DNA of 64,000 bases from the human T2T-CHM13v2.0 reference genome, Homo sapiens, in the NCBI RefSeq assembly GCF_009914755.1, contig NC_060931.1; one strand, 5' to 3'. Shown piece by piece: positions 10,970-25,007 of this stretch (position 1 is its first letter; each line of letters starts with the position of its first letter). A program made the translations under genes and the position numbers. The notes below the pieces were generated by a model, which saw only the letters and a list, made by a program, of their open reading frames with translations, made no database searches and was not told where the DNA came from.

Positions 10970-13310
10970 GAAAATATTTTCTGAACATCTACCAACTGTC
11001 CGGGACTATTCTAGGCACTTGGGTTACATTAGGGAAACCCACACACGTGCGCACATAGACATGTGCACACACACACAAATTATTGAGATAGTAGAGAGTG
11101 GTCAGTGCTGTTGAAAACACAGAGCAGAGGGAAGGGAAGGGGATCAGGTTGCATTTTTAAATTAGGTGGTCAAAATTGGCCTCAGTGAGAAAGTGGCATC
11201 TGAGCAAAGACTTGAAGTTTAGGGGAATATCTAAGCAGATATCTGGAGGACAACACTCTTAAGGACTAGTGGCAGTGCAAGCCTTCAAAGCATGTGTATA
11301 TCTGGTATGTTCACTGTATAATAAAGAGGACAGGTGGCTAAAGGTAAGTGAATGAGGGAGCCATTAGGTCAGAAAGGGAGTGGAGCCTAATCATATTCAC
11401 TGTAGTGTTTCACAGGTGCTTGTAATCACTTGACTTTTACACTGAGATGAAGAACTAGTAGGGGATTTAGAGCAGAAGAGAGACTTACATTACACAAGGA
11501 TCACTGTACCTACTGGGTTCAAAAACAGTTTGCACATAGAAGAAAGAAAACCAGTTTAGAAAGGAATATAGTAATCCACGTAAGTGATAACTGTGACTTG
11601 GTATCAGGGTGGTATCAATAGAAATTTTGAGAAATAACTGGGAATTCTGCATATATGTAAAGATATTACAATAGGATTTCCAACAAATTGGATGTGTATA
11701 TGAGAGAAGGGAAAGATCTGAAATGAAGCCAGCATGTTTGTTTCATCAACTGAGCGGATGCTATTGCCATCCACCTATGTGAGAAATGAGAAAGAATCTT
11801 AGTGGAGTAAGTTTGTAGGGGGCAAAGGAAACGAAAACTTCAGTTTTGGGCATGCTAGTTTTGAAATATCTATTTGACATCTCAATGAAATGTCAGGTAG
11901 GCAGGGATAATAACGTGGTTAGAAGAGAACAATTAGTGTGGCGTCATGGAAGCCAATAAAGAAAGTATATCAAGGACAATGGACTTGATGTTGATAAGCC
12001 AAGTATGGTAAGAATTGAAAAGATGGCCATTTGATTTGGCAATCCAGAGTTCATTGGTGATCTTGACAAGGATGCTTTTGTTGTAATTATCAGAGGAAAC
12101 ACCTGATTGGAAAGGATTACAAATTGTAAGAGGATGGAACTAGTGTTACTAGCAATGGTCAACACTCTCTAGCTATTTTGTTGTAAAAGGGAGAAGACAA
12201 CTGGAATTAAAACTAATGGGCAAAATGTGGTTTAAAGCAGGATTATGTTTCAGATTGGAGAAGAATAACATTTTTGTTTTGCTGGTGGTGATTACTATGA
12301 CTACATAAGGAAAAAATAGTGACGCAAAGAAAAAGAAGTAATTCCAATGTGTAGTTTTAAATAGGTGAAATGAATTGTATTTGTGCATAAGGGAAGGTTT
12401 TACTGAGGAGAGAATATTTTTATCTCAAGAAACTTGATAGAGAACAGAGTATATGAGTTTGGTTGTGGGTACATATATGAGGCTGTGAGACTTTCTGAAG
12501 CTTCTCCCTGGTTACTTCAATTTTATCAGTGGAAAAAGAAGCAAAGTCATGAACTGAGAGCATTAGGGCGGAGGTGTTCAGAAGAAAGGAAAAACTGTGA
12601 AATAGTTCTCCAAGATAGTGGAGAGTACATGGACTGGTTAAATATATTATATTGTGGGCAGCTGTAGGAGTCCTCTAACAATTTGTCAAATTGAATTTAA
12701 AGTGAGATCATTAAGACCTGTGTGTTTCTCTGTGCATCTTTAATTGCACAGGTGCAGGTGTTGAAGAAACAGTGAGTTAGATTTATGTAGGGCTGTAATT
12801 TTGCCTAATGAAAGATGTTAAGGGGCCTTGAAAAATATGCGGGATCAATTGATTTAAGGTCATGTTGGCATCAAATGACTGCTAGAGTTGGGATACTAGA
12901 GCAAATGAGCTAGAAAGATAGAAGATAATGATCAGAGACATAGATGCATGAAACAGGGATTATAGAAGTATGGACACTACTGGTAATGGATATGTCTATA
13001 AATGACCTGGACTTATTTGGCTGCAATAGAGTGGAGGACAAGATGTTAGAGGAAAGAAGATTAAGGAATTAAGATGCCAAATTTTAGGAAGGATATCATA
13101 TATGTGTTTATTGAAATTGCCAATAACTAAATTAGGAGTCATGTTGAAGAGAGTGGCAGTTAGGCAGGAGATAAAATAGTTGAGAAACAAGGAGGGGTTA
13201 ATTGCAGTATCATTAAATGGTTGCAACAGTGAAGATAATGATCAATATAATCTGCCGACCAGAGATTGAAAGCTGGGATTTACAGGGATGGGAGGAAAAT
13301 CGTATAGAAA
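10970..13310 (-). mobile_element. L2 (L2a-like) LINE relic with RT and endonuclease remnants
   Basis: L2 3' end near 10975 (ctgaacatctacc..ttctaggcacttggg). Minus-strand translation PFQSG..SILVKITNELWIAKSNGH (12115-12023, RT) and TPNLVIGNFNKH (about 13140-13105, GDFN endonuclease motif). Confidence 0.85.
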
Positions 13311-13539
13311 CTATAGTAACAATAGAAGTGGCCGTGTGTCAATGTGATCCCATCTCATGTGATTTTTAAAACTGTATTATATTTGTCATACTGTAGGAAT
13401 CATTAAGTAATGAAATCTATTTGACTCATGTGTTGATATTTAGAATAGGGAAGTAAGAGTAAACACAAGGTGTAATGAAAGAGTACATGGATGAAAATCT
13501 TCGGAGAAAATTTTGTGTTAGAGAGAATTTGCATGAAAG

Positions 13540-13716
13540 AGTAAGTTAGATGTGGGCTCCAATCATGGCTCTGCCATTTATGAATTGAGTTCTTCATTAA
13601 AGTGTTTTGTCTCTGGAATGGGATAAAAATAAATAACTCTCAGAGTTGTGAGTGATAAGTACAATGATGTATGTAAAACACCTGGCATAGAATAAGCATT
13701 TGGTGAATGCTAGTTC
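13540..13716 (+). mobile_element. MIR (MIRb-like)
   Basis: ggctctgccattta...aatgggataaaaata..ctcagagttgtgag...cacctggcatagaataagc. Confidence 0.75.
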
Positions 13717-14329
13717 TCTCTCACAAAGGAGAGATTCAAATATTGAATGCATTTACAGGGTACTGTAACAAAGATAGACTTCTGAGGTAAACAATTTCTA
13801 TTTCTATCACCAACGATAAATGATTCATGAACTCATTCATACACCAACTGTGTGTTATTTCAGTGACTTGAGAATGTGTTTTTGGACTCTCAAAGATTTT
13901 CTTTTTCAATTTCTGGCTTTGTATTGTATATTACAACATGTATAAGGTACAACAGTCATAAGAAAATCAGGACATCATTTGCTTTTGTAGTAAATACTAA
14001 AGTATTAATTTCTTGTATTACTTTTTAAAATGTGTGGATATATAATAGCATTATCATTGAGTAGAATCTAAATGCATAAAATGATTATTTAGAGTATTTT
14101 ATGAATAATAGAATGCATATAATATAATAATATGGGAAATTTAAAGACAATGCACATTTTCTATTAAACAAATACTCATGTTGAATGAATGTTATTAAGT
14201 AATTGTAGTTGCTTATAGAGAGGATTTGAAAAAGCATTGGGATATATTTCCAGTCTTGCATGATCAATGACAGAAGTGAAAAATGATCACAGAATTATAA
14301 GAATAACTTAGAAAGTGGTCTATTGGGGT

Positions 14330-14655
14330 GGAGAAAGTAGCTCTGTTCCATATAGTTATTGAGGCACCTATGAGCTCTGCCATCCACTAGAATCTTTTCA
14401 TCCTTGTTGAATCCTCTGTATGTGGCCATTCAAAAAGTACAAAGAAGGAGGATGCATAAAAGATTTAAAAAGGTTTCAGAGTTATGTCTCAAAAGGATGC
14501 ACACTGTTTTTGGCCACATGTTGATGGCTAGGACTAGTCAACTTTGTGGGCCATCCAGATGCAAAGAGGCTGGGAAATGCAGTCTAAATATGGGCCAGTG
14601 TGTGCCAAGGAGAAGAATGCCTGCTTATGGATGAACTAGCTAGTCTATTCCAGAG
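14330..14655 (-). mobile_element. Old MaLR LTR (MLT1J/K/L class)
   Basis: atggctaggactagtca...atgcaaagaggctgggaaatgcagtct motif. Confidence 0.65.
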
Positions 14656-16189
14656 TTGATGCATTACTAGATGTTAAATCAGAAGTTATATATGGACTCT
14701 GTGGCATAAAAAATGTAGAAAATGGGTAGAACATTTTAAGCTACCTGACTATGAGATAGCCAGGTAATGCTTCACTTTGGTGGACTATCAGAGTAGACCT
14801 TAAACGACACATCAATGTGGTTTGTCACAAAAGGCTGGAATACATTTTTTATGGAGCAGGAATTAATCTGTAGTATATTCCAACAATGTAATTAGTCTGA
14901 AGAGGAAATAGGCTTTTATTAGTGAAGGAAATCCTCATATGCAGATAGCAAAGGTAAGTGGGACCAGACCAGGGTCTATCTTGGATATCAGGATGAGAAG
15001 TTGTGTTATTATTTGGAAACTATCTTTTCAGTTATGTTATTTTAAGCCATAAGTAAAATCATGTTGGTGATACATTTAATTAAGAGGTTTATAGCAAATG
15101 CATTTATAATACTAAGTTCTACAGTTCGAATTTTTTATTTTATATTACCCAGAATGGAACACTATTTTCACATGATATTCAGGGTTGCTTCTGTTTATGG
15201 AAAGCACTATATAATCATATGCATGTGCACTTGCAAATGAGCCTTTATGCTTATTGCCATGAAAAGGTTTAGCACCACAACTATCATTCTAGACATCACT
15301 GATAGATCCATAAAGTCTTTACGACTGCAAAGAACTTTCGAGCTAATGCAGTTCAAAGCAGTCAGATGATTTTTCCAAGGAATCATAGATGATCTTAAAT
15401 CTAGATCTATATACAGTTCTCCTAAATTATGAGGTTCAAAATTGTTAAGAAAGGAATCCTATTTCCTATTGTCATAGTTATAGCAACCGAAGTGTGTATA
15501 TTGTACATAGAAAGGATCTGGACTAGATTCTTATTACTTTGAAAAATAGCTTATTTTAGCCACAGTTTAAGATAAAAATAATAATATGACACACAAGTGG
15601 ATATACATTAGAAAACAAATTGTGGGGAATAGACTGTACCGCCTACTCAGAACTGAACCAGACAAGATAACACATAAAAGAACAGATATTGTAGTAATGA
15701 GAGCACAGCTGCTTAGGATTCTACTGAAATGTGGGAAACATTATTCGTGGAACAAAGAAAAACAACTAAAGAGAACAGCTTTAAACCAGCACCTTCATAT
15801 TTAGCCTCATATTGCATATTTTACATATTTTAATCATAGCCCACTTCCTTCCAAAATAGGCTTGAGGCCGTTTATAAGAAGATAATGTTGCAATAGCACC
15901 GACTGAAGGATAAGATAGGATGGGGTAATGGTGCAATAGTACCACATTAATCGTACTAGATTACTAACACTAGAGGTAAACTTTTATTTAGGACAAACTT
16001 TTGGCATTTAGCTTCTTGGCACTCAAGTCAACAAAGAAAAATAAAATTATGCTCATATTATTTGGTAAAAAGAAGGAGTGTGTGGGCTTTTTCTTTCTTT
16101 CGTCTTCACAGTTCTGATCTCTGAGAGGAACTTATTTTGCAATTCTTTAATAAGGCAGTTTTACAAGACATGACTTCAACATCATCCCA

Positions 16190-16450
16190 TAAATAAATAC
16201 TGAACTTCTATTTCTTGCCTAGTTCTCTACTGAGTTCTTTGGACACATAGATGAATAAGGAGCATCCTTACCCTTAAGGAGCTCACAGCTGGGATAAACT
16301 TAATTGGACAATAAATGCAATAAATAAGTTCCTTGCAAGACAAAATGGTGGCCCAAAGGAAAAAGTGGTCAGCAAGGTCAAAGAGAGAAGCCCTCATAGG
16401 GGAAGAGCGTTGAACTGATCTTAAAGTATGAGTGTAGATCAAGGATTAAA
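16190..16450 (-). mobile_element. L2 3' fragment
   Basis: gacacatagatgaataagg...cccttaaggagctcacag...gaactgatcttaaagtatgagt. Confidence 0.6.
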
Positions 16451-16762
16451 AAAGAAATGAGAAGAACTTACTCTAATCTGAAAACAAAACACCCACAATG
16501 TATAATTTTATGCAGACATTCATAGAGAATTCCTTCAGAGAGCCAAAACAATATAGTCCAGGTGCCTAAAATGTAGGATAACTTGTTTGATTAAAAATAC
16601 TGAAATTTGAGAAATGAGTGGTTAATTGGTCCCTTCAACTCCGTTTGAATGTAATTGATCATATAGTGTTCTTCTGGTGGTATGTCTGTTCATCACATAA
16701 CTAGTACGATTAAGACATTTGTCAAAAAGTAATTTTTTAAAGTGAAAGTCTAGATGAAAAAA

Positions 16763-17658
16763 AATTGTGGTAACATCTATGTAGCATAAAATTTACTACC
16801 TTAACCAGTTTAAAGTTACATATGTTCACATTGATGTGCAACCGACCTCTAGAAATTTGTCACCTTACAAAACCGAAACTCTGTACCTATTAAGCAACAG
16901 CATCCCGTTTCCTCCTCCCCGACTCCCTGGCAACCACCATTCCACTTTTTCTGTTTCTATGAATTTGACTAGGTCTCTCATACAAGTGGACTAGCTTATT
17001 TCACTTAGTATAAAATCCTCAAGGATTATTCTTGTTGTAGCATGTGTCAAAATTTCCTTTCTTTGAAAGGTTGAATAGTATTTTATACATTTATCCATAG
17101 ATGGACACAGGGTTGCTTTCACATTTTGGTGATGGTGAATAATGCTGCTATGAACATAACTGCACAAACATCTCTTCGAGATCTTGTTTTTAATCCTTTT
17201 GAATATATACACAGAAGTTGAATTGCTACATCATATGGTAATTTTATTTTTAATTTTTTTGAGGAAGCATCATACTATTTTCCATAATGATTGCACCATT
17301 TCACATTTCCAGCAACAGAACAGAGTTCTGGTTTTTCTACATACTCACCAACACTTGTTATTTTATGTTTTTCTGACAGTGGCCATCCTGATAGGTAAGA
17401 TGATATCTCATTATGGTTTTGATATGCATTTTCCTAATAATTAGTGATATTGAACATCTTTTCATATGCTTCTTGGCCATTTGTATATCTTTGTTGAAAT
17501 ATCTGTTGAGACCCTTTGGCCATTTTTTAATTGTGTTATTTTGTTGTTGAGCTGCAGGGATCCTTTATATATCCTGGATATTAACCCCTTATTAGATGTA
17601 ATGATTTGCAAATATTTTCTCCCATTTTATAGGTTGCCTTTTCACTTTGTTGAATGTG
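16763..17658 (-). mobile_element. L1MB-type LINE-1 3' fragment
   Basis: ttgtggtaa..aaaattta..ccctggcaaccaccattcc 3'UTR. ORF2 C-terminal remnants in ORF 16991-17212. Confidence 0.9.
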
Positions 17659-17984
17659 TCTCTCAAAATTTTTTGCCTTGAGTGAGTTCATAGAAAATCC
17701 ATTACAGTATTTGAGATTCATGGAATAGGGAAGATAAGTCATTGTCCTGGGAAAGAAAATGGAAGTATGAGTTACTAATTATATTCATTTCTATTTTAAA
17801 ATATTAGCTATTAATGCTCATTTTGGCAAGGATAAGGTTAGGAGCTTTAAGTCCATAAGCCCAGGACAGATTTTGGTGCTTCTTGACATAATAAAAACAA
17901 AGACATTTTAAATAAACGATTAACTTTTCAGAAAATGAGAAAACTGTATATTTATGTCTAAATTTAGTAGTCTCTTTAATTTGT

Positions 17985-18080
17985 TTTGCTTTTTCTCTTT
18001 TTCAATTTTCTCTTCTCTCCTCTCTCTCTCTCTCTGTCTCTTTCTCTCTCTTTCTCCTCTTCTCTCTGTCTCTTTCTCTA
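17985..18080. repeat. CT-rich low-complexity tract
   Basis: Imperfect (TC)n. Confidence 0.9.
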
Positions 18081-18798
18081 AATCCCTTTATATTGCTCTT
18101 CCTTTACCAGTGTCTTGACCTTCTTGTTAGGTAATGTAGCACAGTGCCTTGATGAAAAATGTGACAGAAGCTTCTTTTAGACATTCCACTGATTGACATG
18201 AAAAGAATTATTAATAACAGCTGTCATTTTTGTAGCACATACTAAGTGCTATTTTGTTCTCTGCTCTGGAAAAGAGGAGGATGTGAGAGGTTACTTCCCA
18301 CATAGTTCCTTCCCTCTAAGGGATTATAGTCTAATGGGAGGACAATAAAATTGGGTAAAATATGTTTGCTAGCCTTCAATGTCTCATGGCTCTTTTTTTT
18401 TTGTTCGAAGCTGTAATATGAGCAACATTTACCTTAACAGTTAAGCCAGATCTTCACGCTGTTTTGAATAAGTTACTTCTAAAAGGGTTTAAGCTCAAAA
18501 AATGTTATCTTACTTTTGTGATCTGTATGGGCTGTCACTTTGATGCCTTTCTTTTTATTTCTTTTCTGTTTTTGTCTTCCAGTAAATAGTTGTCATACCT
18601 ATAAGCAGGGTCTTTAGCCCTTAACTACTTAAGTATTCAGAACAGGTTTCAGACTGTGTATATATAGTTATGATAATAAACAGGCCCTATTCTAACCCAG
18701 CTCTTAAACTTCTGCATCTGGGCATGCTACTTATGTGTAAATGAAAACTAAATAGAACTGCATTAAGGAGCTAAGTAATCTCAAGAAGGAAGCGCTCA

Positions 18799-19122
<324 letters not shown>

Positions 19123-19144
19123 GCTGCATTTTTCAGATAAAGAT

Positions 19145-19493
19145 TATTGTAGTCTGTTCAGGCTACTATAACAAAGAACCGTAGACAGAGTGGTTTATAA
19201 AGAAATTTATTTCTCCCAGTTCTGCAGGCTAGAAGTCTGAGATGAGGGTGCCAGCATGGTGAGGGACCTCTTCCAGGTTTCAGACTGCTTAAATCCTAGT
19301 GCATCATCACATGGTGGAAAGAGAGCAGGAACTCTCTGGGATCTCTTTCAGGAAGGCGCTAAACTCATTTATAAGGGCTCCACTCTCATAAACTAATTTC
19401 CTCCCAGAGACTGCACCATCTAATACCATCACATTGGGGGTTAGGATGTCAACATATGAATTATGGTGAGACACAAACATTCAGTCCATTGCA
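19145..19493 (-). mobile_element. MLT1A/MLT1A0 solo LTR
   Basis: tagtctgttcaggctactataacaaa...aatttatttctcccagttctgcaggctagaagtc...aataccatcacattggggg...aaacattcagtccattgca. Confidence 0.85.
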
Positions 19494-20204
19494 GATATAA
19501 ACAGGGAATCATCAGATACGCTATAATGCTATCTCTTTGATTCCAAATATCATAGATAAATCTCTTAGTTGCCCTACAACCCACCGTTTAACAGAATAGT
19601 TATTGTTATAGATGAATCTGGTTAGTTTTCCTCCCTAAACAAGCTGATAGAGGCATGGTTTCTGGGGAGGCTGAGTTGACTTGAAGCCCTTTCATGATAG
19701 AACTTTAAGCAGTCATTTTTGATTGTTTTTATGAAAGCCTATCATGATTATTTTGTTGTTCAAATGATATTAAAATATTGACAAGACTATCAATTTAGAA
19801 CCAAGGTGGGCACATGTACCTTGACAAAGATGCTATATATCTTGACAAAGGCTACATCATCTTATCTAAGACAGGAACACTAACTACCTTTATACATGCA
19901 ACATAGCTAAGCAATTGTTTCTCTGATACAAATAGGGATTCACATAGTCAAATTACTCTATGCTCTATGAAGTCTGATTGAAACATACATTACAACTTCT
20001 TTGTGAGCAAACACATTCTCATCAAAAGGAAAGCTATGACCTCATGATGGTTTCCTGCTGTACTGTAAGATAGGCTGCTGCAGCCATTATTGAATATGTT
20101 TTTAGGGATTATTCATATCTTTACTTTTAGAAAAAGAATATTCTGTATTTCTAAATTTATATAGTAAAAGTATTTGTTTTACTGTTGCTACTTAATTTCT
20201 GTAT

Positions 20205-20348
20205 TTTATTATAATGTCCTTAGTAGGTAGGTGTCATGTCTTACTCATCAGCATTTCACTGGCAGTAGAGTAGGATTTGCACATAAGTAGCTTACCTAGG
20301 GGGCTCATAATAATATACCAAATAATATTTTCTGAATATATGAATGAA
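20205..20348 (+). mobile_element. L2 3' end fragment
   Basis: catgtcttactcatc...aatatttt.ctgaatatatgaatgaa. Confidence 0.4.
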
Positions 20349-20648
20349 CTTGTTTACATATCTATCTGTGGTATAGCTTCCCAAGAATAATTTTAGTTAG
20401 CTCACTACAGAACTAATACCATTACACTCCATTAATATCTTACCACCCCTCATAAATATGGGAAACTTATACTACTTGCAATTGCCACTTTCTTAATTCT
20501 ACAAAGAAATTAACTTTTGCTCTTCTACATCCACTATGGAAGACTCACCATGCTTTTCTGATGCCTTTATGTGGCTGATTAGATGGACATCTGAAGTAGT
20601 GAGACGGACATGAGACCACCACCATTGCCACCACATCTAAGCTGCTAT

Positions 20649-20656
20649 ACACACAC

Positions 20657-20687
<31 letters not shown>

Positions 20688-20689
20688 CA
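20649..20689. repeat. (CA)n microsatellite, imperfect
   Basis: Read directly from the sequence. Confidence 0.95.
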
Positions 20690-21004
20690 CGAGGATGCTT
20701 TCCTAGGGAATGTGAGCATTTTAACAATGTCTTTCTGGAATTAATGCACCTGTCTTTGTTGTTTAACCCAGTGAGATAAATTATTAGTAAAATGTCCTGA
20801 ACTACTATTACTAGAGTTTCTGATAATATCCTTGCATGGATTTTCATTGCAGACCACATTCAATTTTGGAATTTTTTTTTCCTGGAGTAAATAGCATTCA
20901 TGCTGATAATTCAGATTTGACCTGCTGCTAAATCTTTCTCAGAGAATCTCACTATCAATTAAGGGAGCTTTTGAATTTTTGTGTTATTGAAGATACCATG
21001 CAAG

Positions 21005-21112
21005 TTAATTCATTACACAAATGTTTTTTGAGCCCCTGTTATAGTCCAGATATCTTTTATGTGTCACTGAACAAAATGTAAAAGGACTCTGGCCCCCTTG
21101 GATCTTTAATTT
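21005..21112 (-). mobile_element. L2 3' end fragment
   Basis: cattacacaaatgttttttgagcccctgttatagtccag. Confidence 0.45.
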
Positions 21113-22559
21113 TGTTAATTCTCTTATTCATCTTATTCATTTATGTTACTGTTTTGCTGTCTGTTAACCCTTTTACTTTAGTCCACTGCAGATGTAATAA
21201 GAACAATGAAATCTTAATGATTTTTACTACTTATTCTCTTTAGTATCTTTTAAGTTCCTTTGTGAATGCAATGTAGTTGAATTAATTGAATTAATTATTT
21301 TTGATATGTATATATACTATATAATAAATGAATGTGTCTATGTTATTTATTGGATAAGACTTTTATAACTTTATATAACATAAAGAATGTTTTACAGATT
21401 TTTCAGACATATAATAATATCACTTTGTGAGGTAAATGTATCAGGGTTTATGAAAACTATGAAATCATTCAAGTTTTTATCTGCTGCCTTTAAATTCAGA
21501 TTCTATAAGTGTTTCATTCAGGAAAGCAGACATCATTTTTATTGAGTGAATATAGTTCATTTTCTCAACAAGTTTATTTTATTAAATTGCAGAATCCTAT
21601 GCTAATACAGTGTTAAGATTGCAAATTTTAACCTTCATAACTCAAGAAAGTGAAAAGTTAAGGTTTTCATAACAGCATTAATTTTCCTACATTTCTTATG
21701 CCTTATAATAAAGTGTACATTTAGCACACTAACCAGCAATCCAGGAATTATATATAATCAATGTTGGACAAGTTAATGTTACTAAGAGGATCTTAACTTT
21801 CATATCCTATGATTTGTTTTTAAATTTACAGCTTTAACAGTGCACTAATGGAAATACATTGCATTTAATTTTCTGATTTTTATAAAGCAGACAAGAGCAC
21901 ATAATAAAGATGGAAAAGTTGATATGTATTATTTCAGTACAATGACTATTTTCAGTAGTGAATTTAAAGATAACCCTGTGAATTTTTAATCAGTGCATTT
22001 GATTTCAGAATATTTTGCTTATAGCACATCTATGTTATTTCTAACACAGCTCCTTAGTCAATTTCAACCTAAGGACAGATTTCTGTTCCCATGATAGCCT
22101 ATAACTGAACAATTGTTAACATCCACAGCAAGTGAAATCAATTGCCAACTTCTAAGTTGTGTTTCCAGTCATACTTCTATTTTGACAACCAGGTCCACTG
22201 GATATATTTAAACATGAAATTACTTATAAACTGAAACACAAAAATAAGTCTAAAGAAAAATCTATCTTAAACTGACATCTCTATTGAATGTTTGTTATAA
22301 AAAGTTTTAAGTGTAGTTATTGAAATATAAATGCCTTTTAATTTTTTACAGAGAATTACTTAATCAAGTGGGTTTTTTTGGTTAAAACCTTATAGAATTA
22401 TTATCTACATTAAATATGTAGATTATTTTATTACCATAGAAGAATCACAAAGTTGTAGAAAGCTTATTATATATTTTGTATTGTGCATTATATATTAAAC
22501 TTCATTTTATATTGCAAATTATATTTTATATTTTATACTGTATGACAATACCATCATAT

Positions 22560-22571
22560 TATATATTTATA

Positions 22572-22604
<33 letters not shown>
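22560..22604. repeat. (TG)n(TA)n microsatellite
   Basis: Read directly from the sequence. Confidence 0.9.
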
Positions 22605-22699
22605 CCAGTATATTATTTCAGGTTATATATTATGTATCATACAATTTTTAAAAAATTAATCATTAGTTTAAATGGGATCATCTCAAAAAAATCGAAGAG

Positions 22700-22702
<3 letters not shown>

Positions 22703-22747
<45 letters not shown>

Positions 22748-22766
22748 CTCTCTCTCTCTCTCTCTC
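22703..22766. repeat. Compound (AC)n(TC)n microsatellite
   Basis: Read directly from the sequence. Confidence 0.95.
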
Positions 22767-23102
22767 ACATTGCAAGGTTATAATCATTACAGGCTCTTAC
22801 TAAGTCCCCAGCAGTGTTGACAACAAACACAATGTGCACCAGGAAGAAGCATGCAGTAAAATTGACAGTGTGATTTAATGTTGTTATTTATTGGCTCTTG
22901 TGCAGGGGTCAGATATGCAGGTTCAGAGTTGGGGACTTCATATAATTTATTTTCAACGTTTATATAAATGTAGACCTGGTAGGCAGTTGCCTTCATTGTG
23001 TGATTTGACATGTTCAAAAAATGTCCATGCTGAAAAATATATCTCCTCCAGTCTGTCATGGACCCTGCCATCTCCTGGCACTATATACTATATTCTCTGC
23101 TA

Positions 23103-23596
<494 letters not shown>

Positions 23597-23656
23597 TAAC
23601 CCTGTCTATATCAAAGATTTCTTTTAAAATCCGAAGGAAGCAATAGTTTTCCCAAA

Positions 23657-23786
23657 TACATACATATATATTTTTCCCAAATACATACATATGTATGTAT
23701 ATACATACATATATATGAATACATACATATATATGAATACATGCACATATACACACATACATATATACAAATATATATACACACAT

Positions 23787-23827
<41 letters not shown>
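23657..23827. repeat. Complex (TACA)/(TA)/(CA)n simple repeat
   Basis: Read directly. Source of the C/V/Y-rich ORFs. Confidence 0.93.
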
Positions 23828-23828
<1 letters not shown>

Positions 23829-24329
23829 CATTCATGAAACATTGCATATATTTTCATGAATTTTATAGAGCATCCCTATCCTTCATAAAGCCTACTTATG
23901 GGAAGGTTAAGACTTTTACTGTTATACGAGTCCTTAGAAGAAATGTGTTTTAAAAAGTGAGCTTAGAATTTTGCCAACCTAGGGACAATATGTTAGCAGG
24001 GTAATCTTGTTATACAATTTAGCTTACATGTGTTAAAATATTACAATGTATTTTAAACTGGTAATTAGGTAGGATTTTTAAAAATTGAGAAATATGACTG
24101 AAAAATGCAAACAGTAATAAAACTAAGTCAGTCTACATTTGTAGATAATTTAGAGAAAAATTCTCATTAGTTACTGATAATCATTATTAAACATCACCTA
24201 TATTTCAGATATTGAAATAAGTGAATATAAGTTAAAGTTAAGAAGATCATATTCTAGGAGTGAGAAAGACATGTCAGATAACATTTACAATAGAAATGGC
24301 AGAAAATTTTCAGGAGCGAATTGACAAAA

Positions 24330-24610
24330 TAATAATCAGTAATATTTATTAATTGTGTGCTAGATTTCAGGCTTGTATTAACCCTATACAAATTCATTTA
24401 GATAATACTGTATATGAATTTCTGATTCTATTTTTGTAACAATGTGAGATAAATACTTTTATTTTTTTTTTTTTTTTTTTTTTTTTTAGGCAAACTATAA
24501 CACACAGCCTGAGTAATTTGCTAAGGTTACTCATCTGGGAAGGGGTGAAAGTGGGAATTGAGACCCTGGCTGTGTGAAACAGAGCCTTCGTCTCTGAATA
24601 TTGCGCCATT
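24330..24610 (-). mobile_element. MIR containing a T26 tract (24462-24487)
   Basis: gagtaatttgctaaggttactc...gggaattgagaccctggctgtgtga. Confidence 0.65.
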
Positions 24611-24654
24611 TAGATTTGCTTCTTCAAAACCTACCTACAGTAGGACAATGGAGA

Positions 24655-25005
24655 CTGAATGGGAGGAGGAGACTAAGGAAGGAAATGAGTTATAGGGAAG
24701 TTTGTTTATGCCGCAGGCTTTTAGTAACTCAATCTTTGTGTTAGGCAGAAATGAAAATATGTAAGAGATTGTACTGAGTGACTAATTAGATGCAAGGGAT
24801 TATAGAGAAAGGAAAAAGCAATAGTGACTCCTAGGTTCTTTACTTAAATGACATGGAAAATAATGGTGTCTGAGATAGGAAATGAAAGAAGAGCTTGGGG
24901 AAAAGAAGGAAATGTGACCAAGAATCGGTTAAGATTCTTGAAATAAGACTATCTATAGGGCGTCTAGTAGACCATCAAACATATGGGTCTATAGCTCAAG
25001 AAAGG
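24655..25005 (-). mobile_element. L2 fragment
   Basis: gtgactaattagatg...gtgactcctaggttct...aatggtgtctgagatagg. Confidence 0.6.
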
Positions 25006-25007
25006 GC

